Positions 33,901 to 38,578 of a DNA stretch of 38,578 bases are shown here, in pieces (position 1 is the first letter of the stretch; each line of letters starts with the position of its first letter). The position numbers were made by a program, and so were the translations under genes. The stretch comes from Lenisia limosa (lineage: Eukaryota > Protista > Breviatea), in the NCBI GenBank assembly GCA_001655205.1, contig LPNZ01008646.1, positions 1-38,578 of the forward strand. The letters run 5' to 3'. The notes under the pieces are model-generated. The model was not told the DNA's origin, ran no database searches, and saw only the letters and a program-made list of their open reading frames with translations.

Positions 33901-34397
33901 GGGNNNNNNNNNNNNNNNNNNNNNNNNNNNNNNNNNNNNNNNNNNNNNNNNNNNNNNNNNNNNNNNNNCTCATCACTTTAGGAGCAGCGAAGGTTGCCAA
34001 GACCAAAAAGAAGAAGAACAAAAGACGCGAGTTATGTAGGATTACCTTGTCCCCCTGTTCACGTTTGTAGTGTTGGACCTGTACGGACTTCCAGCTGATG
34101 AAACCGACCAGGATATCGAAGAAAGGTGGGTCATCAGGTTTTTCTCACACTGGGGATGGATGCTACGCACTCTCAAACTTTGCCAGTATCGATATAAAAG
34201 CTGATTCTGGGTTGTTTTTTTTTTTGTTTAAAATTGTACATTTTCATTCCCTCAGGAAGCCTGAAACCACGTCAGCCGGTTTTGACTGGAACAAGCCGCA
34301 GAAACGGGCTGCTTCTGACGGGGCAGGTTTCTCATACTGGGGGTCTGGCGGGAGCTCTGAAGGCCCAAACAAGAGAATCCGCGACTTGTTTCTTTGA
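28000..34397 (+). CDS. RNI-like leucine-rich-repeat protein with unrecognised C-terminal half; may be two genes because gaps break the model
   Basis: LRR exons: KSLDLTFENLTD, SLEELVLDWCMMT, VLRLGWTRLD, LEALHLNSANLS, LHTLDLSHNRI, LTSLNLSDTGMT, LRVLSLSKNAIGDDG, LVSLDLACCGIGDAG, LSRINLASNGF, VTTLSLEGNAL. Later exons include a basic KTKKKKNKRR stretch and end GPNKRIRDLFL-TGA. Confidence 0.75.
32300..32371. mobile_element. Best-preserved MITE copy, TA-flanked, inserted at a splice donor
   Basis: TA-gggcttcacttcggt..accgaagtgaagccc-TA has 15-bp perfect TIRs. The left TA overlaps the intron's GTA donor (GT at 32299-32300). Confidence 0.85.
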
Positions 34398-34439
34398 ATG
34401 GCTTTTTGATGGTTCTGATTTCTTCTGCTGATTTGTTAT

Positions 34440-37400
34440 TTATTCTGATATTACTGCTTTCATGAAGATGGACCTGTGGCGAGGAGCATAATAATAAATG
34501 AATAAATATAACCAAAAATTAAATAACCAAAAAACACAACTTTTTACCACATTGACGGACCGCTTCCCCCTACTCCTCGACAACACTTTTTATGCCCTCT
34601 TGTTCCACTTCCTCTTCCTTCTTCTCGTCTTCCTCCTTCTTCTCTTCTTCCTCCTTCTTCTCCTCCTCCTTTTCTCCCTCCTCCTCCTTCCCCCAGCCTG
34701 ACGGTATGAAGTCGGTGGGAGAGTCCGCGGATTTCCTCATCATTTGCGAGGGGTAATTCTCGATAGCGCTGCAACACCGAAGACGGCGTACTAGGGCGAT
34801 TGCCTGGGAGGGTAAAAATGATAACATACAAAAGTAAAGCCAACACAGAGTGATGAAATAACATGAAACTCTAATATTATGATTTGAGCATCTCACCTCG
34901 GGTACCGGCGGCGACAAAATTGAGTCAATAAAATCTGAGGAAATGAGTGGGGGCAATTTAACAAAAAAGAGTGCAGTAAAAGATACAATAATAATAAAAA
35001 ATGACCAGGGAAAAAAGCAACTCAAAATGTCATGAATTAGTGAGAAATGCAGTCAGGAGTACTTGAAAAGAAAGTCGGCGGTGGGAGCCTGATAAAAGGA
35101 AAGAAGAAAGTCAGGAACTTTTTTCAAAAGCCCCTTGAAGACATTCAGTTTAGCACCTTCCTGCATTACATTGTCCCCACACGTATTTCTACCACCCATT
35201 CTTCTGTGTGGCATACTTTCAGAAAGGAGTTGAAGAAAGAGTTGACCCCATAATCGATAAGAAGATTGCGGACATGTCCTAATTGTTGGTGTTACTGTTT
35301 TTTGAGTTTCGCTTCAAGTATCTTGTTCGTTCTCTAATATATGGAGAAAGGCCTTCCACAAGCGCCTTGACTCCAACTTCTTCAACACGAAAACCGCAGT
35401 GATGATGACAATCTTAAGACAGTTCTCGATTAGTTTTGCTGTCGGCCTATTGTGACATCAATGATTATTAACTGATCTTTCTAGACGGTTCTGAAAATGA
35501 TCCATCAGAACAATTAACCAATGCTGCTGATTACAAAGACGACCTAAATGATGGGGGAAAGCATGTAGAATATGTAACCATCCCTCATTTTGGCCCACCT
35601 GGAGTGGAAACATCCTCAGTTGGATCCAGGTGGCCCGATGCTATACCCGGAACCTTACCAACAAATTCAGTGTACTTCAATTCGGAGATTTACTCTCCAT
35701 TGATAAAAAGTGTCTCTCTGAACATTGTCCTTGTTCTCTAAAACTCTCGAACTCAATATGTTAGTAATGTTTGGACGGTACTTACTGATGACGTACCAGT
35801 GAGTTTGGCATGGAATTCTTCTTGAATAACAAATTAGACACTCAAATTATCTTGTATGCTCTGCAGCAAGCCTATAGACTACACGTCAGTTCAGTTTAGC
35901 TAGGGAGGTCACATCCTTGTGCGTATGGCATGACCCTCCGTTTTTGAATGCCACAAAGCCGAGGTCTCTTGAGTAGCAAACAACCCGATAAATCCTTCAA
36001 TGCTCTTAGAAATCCCTTAGCAAAAATTTATGTGACCATTAAGGATACAATTAATGATGCCACGTCTGGGTTTGTCGCAGGTATAGCATGTCAATGGGAA
36101 CCATTTGTATGTACAACAAAAGACACAGTCGACGACCTTCTCCCCTCCTCCAGGAAGAAGAAACAAGAGTGCATCAATATCAGGCACAGATGTTGCTAAA
36201 TGCCTTCTGCTGTTCCTGGCGCACGCAAGCGGGCACAAAGGAGTGAATATCGAGGGGCTAAGGAAGATGAAGACTATTAGTAACTGCGTCAATGGAGAAG
36301 TATTAGAGCAATCCTTTTCCGAGCGTGCCACCAACTTGACGCACCAAGGAGTGACATGTACGGTAGAATGGGGCAGGAGGATTGGAGGTTAATGTTTCTA
36401 AATGCAACTACATAGATATCAACCACGAAGGCTGTGGCAGACTCTTCAAAGGCCATTTTACTGTTGAGCAACTTGAGTTCAGTGATACAGTGTCGTCTTT
36501 GAGTGGGGGTTTTAGCACATCACTCGCCTTTTCCCCTACGTGAACTCTTGGAGACTTTTAAAAATTAGACAAGGCCTGTGTGTCGCGTATTGGTGTGTCC
36601 TTTTCTTAGCCGTTTGTGTTTGTTTGTGGTTTTACGCCTCAGAGTGCTGGAAGGGCTGGGAGAGATGGACAGCCCTTCCGTGTGGATGCGTTCCTCATGG
36701 TAGGAGGAAATGATGAGGGACTCGTCAACCTTGGTAGCAAAGCTAATACTGTCAAATACGCTTTCTCTAAAAAAGTGTCCAAGGAAACTGCCTCCTCCAT
36801 GTGGCAATGAAGTGTTTGCATTTGACCGTTTTTATGTAGTTATTTAACCCCAAGCTAAAAACAGCCAAATAACAAACCTTTCCGAAGTTTTATGAAGGAA
36901 TTGCTGAAGAAGGGAGGCCAGGAGGACAAAGTTGGTTAATGTTTTGTGTATTGTTTTGTTTGTTTCTTCCCTTTTGAAAGTTGTTTTTTTACATTGCTTT
37001 TGTTATTTGTTTTTCCTCATGTCTACCTACAGCATTGTTGGGTCCCTCCCTCTGGCAGCGTACAAATTGTTCTGTGCAAACAGAAATTGTATTTTCTATG
37101 TAATAAGCTATATTGTGAGTGGCGTTTTTCTGAATCTGAATCTTATATATGAGGAATCTGACAGTTCCTGCGGTATCAACAAAACGCGTTTACTTTTCTT
37201 TTAATACTGCTATTATATTGAAGGCTATTGGGTGGATTGGCAGGGCCGATACAACTGCAAGTTCCTTCATTGTCAGAGTTAACTTGCAAATCAAGGCATG
37301 ATTTTTGTTGTATTATTAATATAGTTATTTTACTTGGTATAGAACCCAAGTTCAGGTTGCGGCTGACAGGCGGCGTTAATTTGGCAGGTTGGCTTTGAGT

Positions 37401-38578
37401 TAACTGTGCTCTTTTCAAATCATATCATACTTTACATGTAGTAGACATATATTGTTTTAGAAAATCAACCATGAGGAGGTACCAAAGGGATATCAGCACA
37501 CTGATGATGTAGCAGTTTGGTTGTTTGAGGAGGCCCTTCAGAAAGGTGTTGTCCGAGCTAAGCTTACTTATCTCAGCATTCTGATAACTTGGGATGATTG
37601 TTTATTTTTTTACAGATGGTGGTATCCCTTTTTGATATAAAATGGTCGGGCTTAACGTCGGTCCGAAAGTGAACTAATTTCCCCGGAAATCCTTAATATT
37701 TCGCCCTGCCTGGATGCTGAATACGTGGATTTGAGAAATAAAAAAAAAATTTGTCAAAAAAAAAAAACATGGGGAGGGAAGGGAATATTGAGCCCACAAA
37801 CACGGGTCATTTTGGTTAAGTGGAGCACCTGCAGTCATTCCACCTCTTTGTGGCATGCCGCCCCGAGGTTGCATGCCTCCACGGGGGTGCTGTATTGTCA
37901 GTTTTGTTCCTCATGAAAAGGGACACAAATTTGAAACAATGTGATCATTTGTTTCGTCTCTTTTCCAGCATCAAAATCGGCATACTTGGGGTCCGCCGAA
38001 GCCTCCTCGATTCTGTCCTGGGAGGGTGCTTGTCGGTATGGTGCCACCACCTGGTGGAAATGAAAATGACACAGAATAACACGAAAAACAAGGCGGATGG
38101 TTAACAGCAATGAGGGTAATGCAGAATAGCTGAGTGTGTATATATGATTTAATGTTATGAGCGCTGTTTAACACATTGGATGAAAGCCCAAGGCAGCCTA
38201 TTAGAACATGTATACTGTACCTTGTGGGTAGGGGATGTTCTGGTAGTTGCCATGGGCGTTCCAAAAGAAGGGCATGCGAGGATGGACCTGTGTGTGTGGG
38301 GTAAGTATAAAAATCAGCTGTTAGAAACTGTGAGGCAATTATTACGCATGCAGTAATATATACTGTAATATTAAATTAAATAGTACCATGTTATATTACA
38401 CTTCATAAGGAACCAGCCACAAACCGATGCTTAGGAAACAGCCACAAACCGATGCCAAGGAACCAGCCACAAACCGATGCCAGGAAACAGCCACAAACCG
38501 ATGCTCTGAAAGGGGTGCCGAAGAAAGACCACCCCACGCCGGGCATGAAGGAAAGGGCTGGAGTTCCCCGGTGACGGT
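34440..38578 (-). CDS. Hypothetical multi-exon protein (5' end outside window) with RGG/P/G/Q low-complexity part and acidic C-terminal tract
   Basis: Exon-like segments: VHPRMPFFWNAHGNYQNIPYPQ, FPPGGGTIPTSTLPGQNRGGFGGPQ, QHPRGGMQPRGGMPQRGGM, GHVRNLLIDYGVNSFFNSFLK|DFIDSILSPPVPE|AIALVRRLRCCSAIENYP..KEEEGEKEEEKKEEEE. The middle exons are ambiguous and no family is recognised. Confidence 0.5.
38407..38504. repeat. Intronic minisatellite, ~25-bp unit x4
   Basis: aggaa[c/a]cagccacaaaccgatgc repeated four times. Confidence 0.9.

Noticed and set aside
5256-33960. ORF-track entries containing X runs
   Set aside because: They are artefacts of translating through N gaps.
36616-36810. Plus-strand QSAGRAGRDGQP resembling RecQ helicase motif VI, behind an acceptor-like pyrimidine tract
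   Set aside because: No other helicase motifs were found on the plus strand nearby, and it lies antisense to a plausible exon of the minus-strand gene. It is most likely chance. A TBLASTN with RecQ over 35000-37500 would settle it.

Overview
Intron-rich eukaryotic genomic DNA (GT-AG introns, draft assembly with many N gaps). It is probably from an amoeboid protist, inferred from an ABP-120/filamin-type actin-binding domain. The ORF track is mostly uninformative, so I assembled spliced genes by hand. In order: a basic hypothetical protein (-), a DDB2-like WD40 protein (-), ORC4 with a ~290-aa Lys/Pro-rich N-terminal extension (-), an orphan 9-exon protein built from R[EA]RTxI[QM]TR repeats (+), a peroxisomal haem catalase (-), proteasome beta2 (+), a tandem-CH + single-alpha-helix + two degenerate RhoGAP-like domain protein (+) with a nearby inverted 5' pseudogene copy, an RNI-like LRR protein (+), and a partial hypothetical gene with RGG motifs (-). 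Introns hold a TA-flanked MITE family, two short hairpin-bearing dispersed repeats and many local tandem duplications, one of which triplicates a catalase splice acceptor in frame. No rRNA, tRNA or CRISPR was seen. Exon boundaries are manual predictions and need RNA-seq.
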